Below, piece after piece: positions 26,172 to 35,763 of a DNA stretch of 64,000 nucleotides; the first letter of the stretch is position 1; each line of letters begins with the position of its first letter. The notes below the pieces were generated by a model, which saw only the letters and a program-made list of their open reading frames with translations, did no database searches and had not been told where the DNA came from. Position numbers and translations under genes: made by a program. The stretch comes from an uncultured Chloroflexia bacterium (GTDB taxonomy: Bacteria > Chloroflexota > Limnocylindria > Limnocylindrales > CSP1-4). The DNA is taken from contig CAVOWV010000022.1 in NCBI GenBank assembly GCA_963700245.1, positions 220,787 through 284,786 on the forward strand, read 5' to 3'.

Positions 26172-27841
26172 ATGGAGGACCACGTATTGCGGAAGCTCGG
26201 GAGGACCCTGCTCGCGCTGCCGGTCCTCGTCCTGGCCTACGCCGTGCTCCTCGGTCGCGGCTGGATGGCCCGAATCGGCGTCGGGTTCGTGACGGCAGCC
26301 GTGGCGGCGGTCGTCGTGGTGGCTGGCCTGCCACCCGCCCAGAGCATTGCCGTCCCCGTCTCCAGCAAGCCGCAGCCCGTCGACGCCCGGGTTCTTGACG
26401 CCGTCACGACCGGACACGGTCTCACGAAGCCGTTCACCGTCGAGTTCGACGGCCCCATGGACCCCTCCGCTGTCGCCGCCGCCCTCCGGCTGCGCCCGGA
26501 CACTGCCGTCACCTTCGCCTGGGATGATGCGGGTCGCGTCCTCACGATCTCCCCGCTCAGCCAGTGGCAGGCGGACACCCTGTACGTCCTGACCGTCTCC
26601 AAGTCGGCCCGGGCAGCCAATGGTGGAGCGCTCAAGGCATCGGTGCGCTCTGCCGTGCTCACCGCGGCGGCCGGCTCAGGGAGCATCGCCGCCACCCGCA
26701 TCAGCGGAGAGCGTGCGCGGCTCGACACAGCGTTCCGGATCCGGCTCGACCGGCCGGTAACGCTTGCGGCCGTCCAGGCGGCGATCCAGACGGAGCCGGT
26801 GGTCGCCGGCGATCGTCAGTCCCGGTGAGGCCGAGGGCGAGTTCCTGTTCACGCCCGAAGAGCCTCTCGCCGTCGACGCCGCCTACACGGTCTCCCTGCC
26901 GAGCCTCGTCGATGCCGACGGGGTGGCTTTCGGCAGCGTGCCCGCCGTGACGGTCCAGACCTCCGAGGCGCCGGCGGTCGTGCGCTTCCGCCCGCGTGCC
27001 GGCGACGAGGTTGTCGAGCGCACCGCCGCGATCTCCGTCCGCTTCACCGAGCGCATGGACCGCGACCGGACCGCCGAGGCCTTCCACGTGACGGTCGGCT
27101 CGTCGGAGCTCAAGGGCGCCGTCTCGTGGGCCGAACAGGGTCGGGTCCTCGTGTTCGTCCCGGCGGATCCCCTCCCGTACGGCGCGACGCTTCAGGCCCG
27201 CGTCGACGACACCGCCGCGTCGAAGGCCGGCACCCCACTGGCGAAGGCCTCGACCGCCAAGTTCACGGTCGAGCCGAAGCCAAAGCCCAAGCCCAAGGCG
27301 AAGGCACCCGCACCCGCGCCGCCGCCAGCAGCGAAGAAGAGCAAGCCCAAGCCGATCCCCAAGTCGGGCGGTGGCGGTGCCGTCTCCGGCAGCTGGGCCG
27401 GCGTGGAGTCCTACTACCTGCGCCTGATGAACTGCACCCGGACTGGTGGCTGGGTCACGTCGGGCGGCAATTGCTCCTCGCCCGGTGGACGCGACGTGGC
27501 ACCGCTCGTCGCTGAACTCCGGGATCAGCAGCAAGGTCGCCCGTCCCTACGCCAAGCTGCTCGCCACTCGCGGGATCTGCAACCACTTCATCGGTGGCAA
27601 CCCCGGTGATCGCCTCCGCCGGGCCGGCTACGACAGCTACCGCTGGGCCGAGAACCTCGGCTGCCGCTCCGGCAATCCGAACTCGGCCGTCCTGGGTTCC
27701 CACCTGTTCTTCCAGAGCGAGCGGCCCTACAACGGCGGCCACTACCGGAACATGATGGACGCCCGCTTCAGGCAGGTCGGCATCGGTGTCTGGGTGTCCG
27801 GCGGCCGCGTCCGCCTGGTGGTCGACTTCTACACCCCCTGA
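26172..27841 (+). CDS. Secreted or membrane-anchored protein with SbsA-type Ig-like repeats, a Lys/Pro-rich linker and a C-terminal CAP/SCP domain (two frame disruptions, near 26811 and 27508)
   Basis: N-terminal TM/signal segment. Repeated modules of the form FTVEFDGPMDPS..V..SP..W..DTLYVLTV, seen again as VRFRPRAGD..ISVRFTERMDR.. Linker EPKPKPKPKAKAPAPAPPPAAKKSKPKP. CAP-like end: NHFIGGNPGDRLRRAGY..WAENLG..GGHYRNMMD..FRQVGIGV. The sequence spans ORFs 26130-26828, 26764-27609 and 27446-27841. Confidence 0.65.
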
Positions 27842-27912
27842 CCTGGACCCCATCCGCCGGATGGGACCTTCGGGCGGGTGACGGGCCACCGCGCAACCGC
27901 GACGATCGCGGT

Positions 27913-28323
27913 GTGATCCGCAACGTCGTCATCCATGTCTCGAACGAGCAGCCACTGCTCGCGGACCTCTACGGTGTTCCATCCGCGGCCGACGTCGGGA
28001 TCGTGTGCACGAACGTGCGCATGATCGACGGCAAGCGCCCGATCTTCATCGATCGCAGCGACTCCACCTTCTTCTTCCCGAACCTCCACCTCCGCTTCCT
28101 CGAGATCTCCGCGAGCGAGATGCAGAGACATCTGGCCCAGGGAGGGAGCAGCGCGGGGTTCGCCGCCGCCGAACAGGTCGCCGGTGACGCCGACCAGCGG
28201 CTGGCGGTGGTGCTGGGTGAGATGCCCGACGAGCCCGGTGACGGCGACGGCGCCGCGCCGCCCGACGAGGACGAGGAGCTCGCCCTCGACGAGGACTTCC
28301 TGCAGCGCATCCGGGACATCTAG
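27913..28323 (+). CDS. Hypothetical protein: compact N-terminal domain of about 75 aa plus an acidic disordered tail
   Basis: 136-aa ORF (GTG start) with high GC3. Sequence MIRNVVIHVSNEQPLLADLYG..FFFPNLHLRFLEI, then a D/E-rich tail. I recognise no family. Confidence 0.5.
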   Translation: MIRNVVIHVSNEQPLLADLYGVPSAADVGIVCTNVRMIDGKRPIFIDRSDSTFFFPNLHLRFLEISASEMQRHLAQGGSSAGFAAAEQVAGDADQRLAVVLGEMPDEPGDGDGAAPPDEDEELALDEDFLQRIRDI

Positions 28324-28373
28324 GGCCGCGCCGGGGGCCCGGAGACGGCAACCGGGGCGTGAGAGGCCGGTGC

Positions 28374-28379
28374 TACACT
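28374..28379 (+). promoter_or_regulatory. Putative -10 box (TACACT) upstream of topA
   Basis: The layout is TACACT-N10-ATG(28390), which implies a very short leader with no Shine-Dalgarno. Confidence 0.35.
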
Positions 28380-28389
28380 CCCGGCCGCC

Positions 28390-30837
28390 ATGCCCAAGAA
28401 CCTCGTGATCGTCGAATCGCCCGCCAAGGCGCGGACCATCGAGCGCTACCTCGGCGCCGACTTCCAGGTCCTCGCCTCCTACGGTCACGTCCGGGACCTG
28501 CCGGAGAACCCGGGCAAGGGCAAGTTCGGCGTCGACGTGGATCACGACTTCGCGCCGGACTACGTCATCACGGAGGACCGGCGCAAGCAGGTCTCCGCGA
28601 TCGAGAAGGCCGCGAAGAGCGCCGCGAACGTGTGGCTCGCGACGGACCTCGACCGGGAGGGCGAGGCGATCGCCTGGCATGTCGCGGAGGCGGCGCACGT
28701 CCCTGCCGCGAAGACGCGCCGGGTGACCTTCAACGAGATCACCGAGAGCGCCATCCGGGACGCCTTCGCGAGCCCGCGTGACATCGACCACGACCTGGTC
28801 GACGCGCAGCAGGCGCGGCGGATCATGGACCGTCTCGTCGGCTACACGCTGAGCCCGCTGCTGTCCAAGAAGGTCCGCCGCGGCCTGTCGGCCGGGCGAG
28901 TCCAGTCGGTCGCGGTCAGGATCGTGGTCGAGCGGGAGCGCGAGATCCGCGGGTTCGAATCCCGCGAGTACTGGACGCTCGAGGCGCTGCTGGCCGCCCC
29001 GGACGGCACGGAGTTCACCGCCGACGTGGTGCGGATCGGCGGCAAGGCGCTCGCCATCGGTGACGGCGACACGGCGGGGCACCACGCGGCCGCGCTGCGC
29101 GCCCTCAGGCCGGTCGTCGACTCCGTGGGGACCCGTGCCTCCAAGCGCAACCCCGCGCCACCGTTCACGACCAGCACCCTCCAGCAGGAGGCGAGCCGCA
29201 AGCTGGGCTTCAGCCCCAAGCGCACGATGTCGGTCGCACAGCGGCTGTACGAGGGCGTGGACACCCCGGACGGGCACGTCGGCCTGATCACCTACATGCG
29301 GACGGACTCGACGGCGATCGCCGGCGTGGCGATGGCCGAGGCCCAGGCGGTGATCAAGGAACGCTTCGGCGACGCCTACGGGACCGGCAAGGGCAGGTTC
29401 TTCAAGACGAAGGCCAAGGGCGCCCAGGAGGCCCACGAGTCCGTGCGGCCGACGGCGTTCCATCGAGACCCCGACTCGATGCGATCACACCTCAAGGCGG
29501 ACGAGCTCAAGCTCTACCGCCTCATCTGGCAGCGCGCGCTCGCCTCGCAGATGGCGGCCAAGGAGCTCGAGACCACGACGATCGAGCTCGTGGACGGCGA
29601 CTACCGGCTGCGGGCCTCGGCGACGCGGACGCTGTTCGACGGGTTCGCCCGTGTCTACACCGAGGGCCAGGACGACAGCGCCGAGGAGGCGGAGAGGACG
29701 CTTCCGGCGCTCCGCGAGGGCGATGCGACCCGCGTCCTCGACGTGACGCCCAGCCAGCACTTCACCGAGCCGCCGCCGCGGTTCACCGAGGCGACGCTGA
29801 TCAAGGCGCTCGAGGAGCACGGCATCGGCCGGCCGTCCACGTACGCCGCCACCATCTCGACGATCCTCGACCGGGGCTACGTCCGCGTGGAGGCGCGCCG
29901 CCTCCACCCCGAGGAGATCGGCGAGATCGTCACGGACTACCTGGTCTCCTACTTCGGCGACTACGTGGACCTGACGTTCACGGCCCGCATGGAGGGCGAT
30001 CTCGACGAGGTGGCACGCGGCGAGCGTGCATGGGTGCCGCTGCTGCACGCCTTCTTCGACCCGCTCAAGGCCCTCGTGGCCACCGAGGGCGATCGGCCCA
30101 AGCCGCCCGGGGAGCCCACGGACGAGGTCTGCTCCCTGGGCCACCCGATGCTGATCCGGCTCGGGCGGAACGGGAAGTTCCTCGCCTGCTCCACGTATCC
30201 CGACCACAAGGAGACGCGTCCGCTGCCCGGCGAGGAGGCACCCAAGCTCGACGGAGACGGCGAGACGTGCCCCCAGTGCGGCGAGGGGGTGCTGACGACG
30301 AAACGGGGACGGTTCGGCGCGTTCCTCGGCTGCTCGCGCTATCCCGACTGCACCTACATCAAGAAGGACGGCCCGCCGCCGCCCGATCCGCTGCCGTTCG
30401 AGGTGGTCTGCCCCAAGAACGGTGACGGAACGCTGGTGGCGCGTCGCGCACGGCGGACCGGAAACGTCTTCTGGGGGTGCTCCCGCTACCCCAAGTGCGA
30501 CTTCACCACGAACGACGAGCCGACGGGCGCCGTTCACGACGCCACCGATGCGGCCCATGCGGACGGCCGCGGGTCCGTGGCGCGCAAGGGCGAGACCGGG
30601 CTCTGCCTGACCTGCGGTGCCACCGTCGAGCTGCCGGCAGGCTCCCTGGTCGGGTTGCGCCTGGCCGGTGGTCCGGCCAACCCGGCGGCCCTCGAGCGCC
30701 CGTCGCGCGGCGGCAGGCGGGGCACGGCGAAGACAGGCGGTGGTTCGACGAAGTCCGGGACCGGCGCCCGGCGAGCGACCCGGTCCTCGGGCGCCAGCAA
30801 ACGCACCGGAACCGGGTCCCGGCGCAAGAGCGAGTGA
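28390..30837 (+). CDS. topA: DNA topoisomerase I
   Basis: 815-aa ORF. TOPRIM domain LVIVESPAKARTIERYLG, active-site Tyr region GLITYMRTDS, several C-terminal Cys4-type ribbons (CPQCGEG..CSRYPDC etc.), and a basic R/K/S/G tail. Confidence 0.95.
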   Translation: MPKNLVIVESPAKARTIERYLGADFQVLASYGHVRDLPENPGKGKFGVDVDHDFAPDYVITEDRRKQVSAIEKAAKSAANVWLATDLDREGEAIAWHVAEAAHVPAAKTRRVTFNEITESAIRDAFASPRDIDHDLVDAQQARRIMDRLVGYTLSPLLSKKVRRGLSAGRVQSVAVRIVVEREREIRGFESREYWTLEALLAAPDGTEFTADVVRIGGKALAIGDGDTAGHHAAALRALRPVVDSVGTRASKRNPAPPFTTSTLQQEASRKLGFSPKRTMSVAQRLYEGVDTPDGHVGLITYMRTDSTAIAGVAMAEAQAVIKERFGDAYGTGKGRFFKTKAKGAQEAHESVRPTAFHRDPDSMRSHLKADELKLYRLIWQRALASQMAAKELETTTIELVDGDYRLRASATRTLFDGFARVYTEGQDDSAEEAERTLPALREGDATRVLDVTPSQHFTEPPPRFTEATLIKALEEHGIGRPSTYAATISTILDRGYVRVEARRLHPEEIGEIVTDYLVSYFGDYVDLTFTARMEGDLDEVARGERAWVPLLHAFFDPLKALVATEGDRPKPPGEPTDEVCSLGHPMLIRLGRNGKFLACSTYPDHKETRPLPGEEAPKLDGDGETCPQCGEGVLTTKRGRFGAFLGCSRYPDCTYIKKDGPPPPDPLPFEVVCPKNGDGTLVARRARRTGNVFWGCSRYPKCDFTTNDEPTGAVHDATDAAHADGRGSVARKGETGLCLTCGATVELPAGSLVGLRLAGGPANPAALERPSRGGRRGTAKTGGGSTKSGTGARRATRSSGASKRTGTGSRRKSE

Positions 30838-30880
30838 GCGGCGTGGGACCGGCAACGGGCCCTCGCCCGACGGCCGCGTC

Positions 30881-31846
30881 GTGACCGGATCCGAGGCGCT
30901 GGTCCGGTTCCTGCGCTCGCTCGAGGCGCGTGACCTCTCCCCCGAGACCATCCGCTCCTACGAGAGCACGGTGACCGCCTACCTCGACTGGCTCGCCACC
31001 CATGACGCGGACTGGCGCAGCCCGGGTCGCGCCACCCTCCGCGCGTACCTCGCGGACCTCTCGGAGGGCCACGCCCGGACATCGGTCGCCCAACGGCTGG
31101 CGGCCCTGCGGGCGTTCCACCGCTACTGCGCACGGTCGGGGCTGGCGCCGGGCGACCCGTGGGGTGCCGTCGCCACCCCGCGCCTGCCCCGACGCCTGCC
31201 CAAGGTGCTCGAGGTGGAGCAGGTCGAGGCGTTGCTCGCGGTGATCGACGAGGACCTCGTCGCGGTCGCGGCCGGAACGTCCCGGAGCGCTCGCCGCGAC
31301 CCGGAGCTCGCCCGTGCGATCGCCCTGCGCGACCGCGCCCTGGTCGAGACGGCCTACGCGGCCGGCCTGCGGATCAGCGAGCTGGCCGCCGCGGACCTCG
31401 CCAGCCTCGACCTCCGGCGGGGCGAGCTGCGGGTGATGGGCAAGGGTCGCAAGGAGCGGATCGGGCTGCTCGGCCGCCCTGCCCGGGAGGCGCTCACCGG
31501 GTATCTCGACGAGGCGCGCCCGGTGCTGGACGCCCGCAGGGACCCGCTCGCCCGGGATCCCGTCGAGGTCTTCCTCAACCATCGAGGCGGCCCGCTCGGC
31601 GTCCGGGGCCTGCGGATGCGCCTCGACCGGCTGCGCCGCCTGGCGGGTCTGCCGGAAGGGGTCAGCCCGCACACGCTGCGACACTCGTTCGCCACGCACC
31701 TCCTCGAGGGTGGCGCGGACCTGCGCGTGGTCCAGGAGCTGCTGGGCCACGAGAGCCTCGCGACCACCCAGGTGTACACGCACGTCTCGCCGGCGCACCT
31801 CCGGGACGCGTACCGGCAGGCGCATCCACGGGCACGGGCCACCTGA
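30881..31846 (+). CDS. xerC: Tyrosine recombinase XerC/XerD family
   Basis: ORF 30617-31846 trimmed to the GTG at 30881; the upstream part overlaps topA. Catalytic signature: ..GLRISEL.., GKGRKER, HTLRHSFATHLL, LGHESLATTQVYTH. Confidence 0.85.
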   Translation: MTGSEALVRFLRSLEARDLSPETIRSYESTVTAYLDWLATHDADWRSPGRATLRAYLADLSEGHARTSVAQRLAALRAFHRYCARSGLAPGDPWGAVATPRLPRRLPKVLEVEQVEALLAVIDEDLVAVAAGTSRSARRDPELARAIALRDRALVETAYAAGLRISELAAADLASLDLRRGELRVMGKGRKERIGLLGRPAREALTGYLDEARPVLDARRDPLARDPVEVFLNHRGGPLGVRGLRMRLDRLRRLAGLPEGVSPHTLRHSFATHLLEGGADLRVVQELLGHESLATTQVYTHVSPAHLRDAYRQAHPRARAT

Positions 31847-33510
31847 TGGACGACCCGGACATCCTGACCGGGGTGGTGGCCGACGAGGAGCCGGGCCTGC
31901 ATCCCGTCGCCGCAGCGGCCTCTCGCGCGGGGGCATCGTCGGCGCGCGTCCTGGCCCGGGCAGGCCTCATCGTCACCGCGATGTTCCTTGCGGCACGCGT
32001 GCTCGGCTACGTCCGGACCATCGCGTATGCCGCCGCGTTCCCGGACATCGCCGAGCTGGCGCCGTTCTACGCCGCCTTCCGGATCCCGGACCTCCTGTTC
32101 CAGCTCGTCGCCGCGGGAGCGCTGTCCTCCGCCTTGATCCCGGTGGTCGCGGGGCTGTTCGCGAAGGAGGAGGACGCCCGCGCCTGGCGGGTGGTCTCGA
32201 CGGTCGCGACCCTGATGCTCTCGGTCCTGCTGGTGCTGGCGGCCCTCGTGATGTGGTTCGCGCCCGAGTTCGTCGCCGTCATCACGCCCGGGTTCACCGA
32301 TGCCCAGCGCGCGGAGACGGTGGACCTGACCAGGATCATGGTCTTCTCCCCGCTGCTCCTGGCGGCCGGCGCCATCGCCACGAGCGTGCTCAACTCCCGC
32401 GAGCGGTTCGGGGCCGCGGCGCTTGCCCCGCTCGTCTACAACCTGGCGATGATCTTCGGGGCCATCGCGCTCGCGCCCGCGTTCGGGGTGCAGGGCCTGG
32501 CCTACGGGGTCGTGCTCGGGGCGCTCGGCCACATCGTGGTCCAGGTCCCGTCGCTGGTCCGGCTCGGGGCAAGGATCCGGCCGTTCGTGGACCTCCGGGA
32601 CGACCAGGCGCGCACGGCGCTCCTGCTGATGGTGCCGCGGGCGATCGGACTGGGGGCCACGCAGATCGTGTTCCTGGTCCTGACCAGCCTCGCCACGACG
32701 CTGGGGGCGGAGGCCGTGGTCGTGTTCAGCTTCGCGTTCGCCGTGCTCCAGATCCCCATCGGGGTGATCGGGGTGCCGCTCGGGATCGTCCTCCTCCCGT
32801 CGCTGTCCCGCGAGGCGGCGCTGGGCGCCGGGGAGGGGTTCACGAGGCTGGTCACCCGTGCCCTTGCGCTGCTCGGCTACGTCATGATCGCGACCGCCGC
32901 CCTCGGCATCGTGGTCTCGGGCGACCTCGTGCGTCTCCTGTTCGGGGTGGCGGACATGGACGAGAGCGTGCTCGCGGCGACCGCGGCGGCCCTCGCGATC
33001 TTCCTGCTCGGCCTGACCGCGCACTCGCTGATCACCGTGCTCGCGCGCTCCTTCTACGCGCTCAAGGACACGGCCACGCCCGTCATGGCCGCGCTCGTGG
33101 CCGTGGCCGCGAACATCATCATCGCGAACCTGCTGATCGGGCCGCTGGGCCTCAACGGCCTGGCCGCGGCGATCGCGATCTCGGCGTGGCTCGAGACGCT
33201 GGTGCTGGTGGTCCTGCTCCTTCGGCGCGTCCCGGGCATCCGTCCCGGCATGGGTCACGTGTGGGTGGTGATGGCGAAGACCGTGGTGGTCTCGTTCGCG
33301 GGGGCACTCGTCGCCTACGCCGTCGACCGGGCCCTGGTCGGAGCCTGGGGCGCGGATCCCGGGTTCCTGCTGCTCCTCGTCCGCATCTCCCTCGCGGTCG
33401 CGGCGGGCGGCCTCGTCATCGTGGCGGGATCGCTGGCGTTGCGGATCGATGAGCTGCGGGCTATCGTCGGGGTGATGACGGACCTCGTTCGACGGCGCGG
33501 GCGCGCATGA
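31846..33510 (+). CDS. murJ: Lipid II flippase MurJ (MviN)
   Basis: The ATG overlaps the xerC stop (TGATG at 31844-31848). Polytopic protein of about 14 TM helices with MurJ-like N-terminal motifs (..RVLGYVR..AFRIPDLLFQL..GALSSALIPV). Confidence 0.85.
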   Translation: MDDPDILTGVVADEEPGLHPVAAAASRAGASSARVLARAGLIVTAMFLAARVLGYVRTIAYAAAFPDIAELAPFYAAFRIPDLLFQLVAAGALSSALIPVVAGLFAKEEDARAWRVVSTVATLMLSVLLVLAALVMWFAPEFVAVITPGFTDAQRAETVDLTRIMVFSPLLLAAGAIATSVLNSRERFGAAALAPLVYNLAMIFGAIALAPAFGVQGLAYGVVLGALGHIVVQVPSLVRLGARIRPFVDLRDDQARTALLLMVPRAIGLGATQIVFLVLTSLATTLGAEAVVVFSFAFAVLQIPIGVIGVPLGIVLLPSLSREAALGAGEGFTRLVTRALALLGYVMIATAALGIVVSGDLVRLLFGVADMDESVLAATAAALAIFLLGLTAHSLITVLARSFYALKDTATPVMAALVAVAANIIIANLLIGPLGLNGLAAAIAISAWLETLVLVVLLLRRVPGIRPGMGHVWVVMAKTVVVSFAGALVAYAVDRALVGAWGADPGFLLLLVRISLAVAAGGLVIVAGSLALRIDELRAIVGVMTDLVRRRGRA

Positions 33511-34616
33511 CCGCGAGCGTCGTCAAGGGTCCTGCGCACGCCGACCCGTCGCCGTCCGCCTGGGACACGTTCGTCGAGGCCAACCCCCGCGGGTCATACC
33601 TGCAGCTGTCGGCGTGGGCGCGGGTCAAGGCCGTGAACGGCTGGACCGCGCGCCGCCTCCTCGACGCCGGGACGGGGGTCGGAGCCCAGGTGCTGCTCCG
33701 GCGGCCGGGGCCCCTGCCCTGGGCCTTCGCGTACGCGCCACGGGGGCCCGTCCTGGAACGCTGGGACGCCGCGTCGGTGACCGGTCTCACCGAGCTGGCC
33801 AGGGCCGGCCTCCGAGATGGGGCTCGCGCGAGCCACCTCCGCATCGACCCCGAGATCGAGGTGGGTTCCGGACCGGACGACGACGGCGCGGTGACGGCCG
33901 CCCTGCGTGCGGCCGGCTGGCTGCCAGCGCCGGCGATCCAGCCCGTCAGCACCCGGGTGATCGACCTGCGCGCCGACGAGGCTGCCCTGTGGGCCGACCT
34001 GCGCAAGAAGTGGCGCCAGTATGTCAACAAGGCTCGTGCCGGCGGCGTGGTGGTCGTGGACGCGGGCCCCGAGCGCCTGGACGAGTTCTACCGGATCTAC
34101 CGCGAGACGGCGGACCGCGCCGGGTTCCTGATCAGGGCCCAGTCCGCCTACCGGGACGTCTGGGACGCGTACGCACCCGGCGGGCGCGCACGGCTCCTGT
34201 TCGCGGAGCTCCCCGGGGGCGAGCCTGTTGCGACCCTGTTCCTCGTCCGCGCCGGAGACCGCGTGGTGGAGCCGTACGGTGGCATGACCCCCGGCGGCGC
34301 CGACTCCCGGGCCAACTACCTGCTCAAGTGGGAGGCGATCCGTACCTCGAGGGAGGCCGGCGCCACGACCTACGACCTGTGGGGCCTCGCCCACGCGGGC
34401 ATCGACCACTTCAAGACGGGCTTCGGGGGCCGCGAGGTCCGGTACGTGGGCGCATGGGATCTCGTCCTGGATGCGTTCGGGCGCCGGACCTTCGCCGTGG
34501 CCCAGCGGGCCAGGGTCCGCGTGGAGCGGATGCGTCACGGACTGCGCGGGCAGGGCGGGACCACGGCGGCGGGCTACGGGGGTGACGCCGGCGGCGACGC
34601 AGGTGGCGACGGGTGA
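33507..34616 (+). CDS. FemAB-family peptidoglycan bridge-forming aminoacyl-tRNA transferase (copy 1)
   Basis: ATGA overlap with murJ. FemX-like layout: WD.F...NP.GSYLQLSAW, ..LRKKWRQYVNKA.., ..FYRIYRETADRAGF.., ..ANYLLKWEAI.., ..YDLWG.. Confidence 0.8.
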   Translation: MTASVVKGPAHADPSPSAWDTFVEANPRGSYLQLSAWARVKAVNGWTARRLLDAGTGVGAQVLLRRPGPLPWAFAYAPRGPVLERWDAASVTGLTELARAGLRDGARASHLRIDPEIEVGSGPDDDGAVTAALRAAGWLPAPAIQPVSTRVIDLRADEAALWADLRKKWRQYVNKARAGGVVVVDAGPERLDEFYRIYRETADRAGFLIRAQSAYRDVWDAYAPGGRARLLFAELPGGEPVATLFLVRAGDRVVEPYGGMTPGGADSRANYLLKWEAIRTSREAGATTYDLWGLAHAGIDHFKTGFGGREVRYVGAWDLVLDAFGRRTFAVAQRARVRVERMRHGLRGQGGTTAAGYGGDAGGDAGGDG

Positions 34617-35763
34617 GCGTGCCCGTGCGCGAGCTGGGTCGCGACGAGCTGGCCGGCTGGGACGCCGCTGCCGTCGATGCGCCCGGTGGCCACGTCCTCC
34701 AGTCGCTGGCCTGGGCCGAACACCGGGCGTCAACGGGCTGGACGGTGCGGCACCTGGTGGCCGGGGAGGTGCGGGCCCTCGTGCTGGAACGGCCGTGGCC
34801 GATCGTGGGTGGCGGTTCCGCGTACGTGCCGCGCGGGCCGGTGGCGGACGGGACGCCGTGGGTCGCGGGCGACGAGGAAACGAGGCGGGCCGTCGCCGCG
34901 GTCGCCGAGGGGCTCGTCGCGATCGCCGCGCCACCTGCAGGACGAGGGCGTGGACGTCCTGGCGGCCGACCCCGAGGTCAGCGGCGGACGACGCCGCCTA
35001 CCGCCGGACCCTGGACGCCGCCGGCTTCCACGGCATCCCCGAGATCCAGCCCTCGCGCCACCGGATGGCGCTGGCGCTTCCCGCCGACGCTGACGAGGCG
35101 GCGGTGATGGACGGCATCGCCAAGGCGACGCGCCAGCGGATCCGCCGGGCGGAGCGGGACGGCGTCGTGGTGGTTCGCTGGGATGCGGCTCCGGGTGACG
35201 CAGCGGGGTTCGTCCGGGCGACCGAGGACGGTGGCGCCGCGCTCGACCGGTTCTATGGACTGCTGCGGGCCACCGGCGACCGGCGCGGGTTCGGGTTCGC
35301 GGGTCCCGCCGAGTTCACGGCCTGGTGGCGCCGCGCCCTGACCGCCGGCCACCTCGTCTACCTGGAGGCGCGCGAGGGTGCCGTGGACGGTGACGTCTTG
35401 GGTGGCCTCGTCCTGTACCGGCACGGCCTGCGCCTGTCCACGGCACACTCCGCCGACCGGGCCGAGCGCCGGCGCGACCACCCGGGTGCGATGCACCTCC
35501 TGCGCTGGCGCGCGATCCAGCTGGCCATGGCCGAGGGCCGCACCGAGATGGACCTCGGCGGGGTCGACGTGGCGGGAGCACGGCGCGTCCCGCGGCAGGG
35601 CGAGCCCACCTACGGGCTCTACGAGCACAAGCGGTCGTTCGGGGCCGAGTGGGTGGCCCTGGCAGGCGCCCAGGAGCGCGTGGCGCGGGCGTGGCGGTAC
35701 GCGGCCGGCCGCGCGGCCGCCAGGCTGACGCAGGCGACGGGGCAGGGGAGTCGGTCGCGATGA
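34613..35763 (+). CDS. FemAB-family aminoacyl-tRNA transferase (copy 2; two frame disruptions near 34931 and 34980)
   Basis: GTGA overlap with copy 1. The sequence runs through ORFs 34613-35107, 34677-35093 and 34471-35763 (..ATRQRIRRAERDG.., ..FYGLLRATGDRRGF.., ..MHLLRWRAIQLA.., ..GLYEHKRSFG..). Confidence 0.75.

Noticed and set aside
23985-26417. An 810-aa minus-strand ORF opposite comM and dprA.
   Set aside because: Shadow ORF: low-complexity R/G/P/A translation, while the plus strand carries unambiguous ComM and DprA motifs.
30881-31846. The tyrosine recombinase as a phage or ICE integrase marking a mobile element, possibly using the tRNA at 7897.
   Set aside because: It has the XerC/XerD sequence pattern and sits in the conserved dprA-topA-xerC context. 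It is translationally coupled to murJ and is 23 kb from the tRNA. I saw no flanking direct repeats or phage genes.
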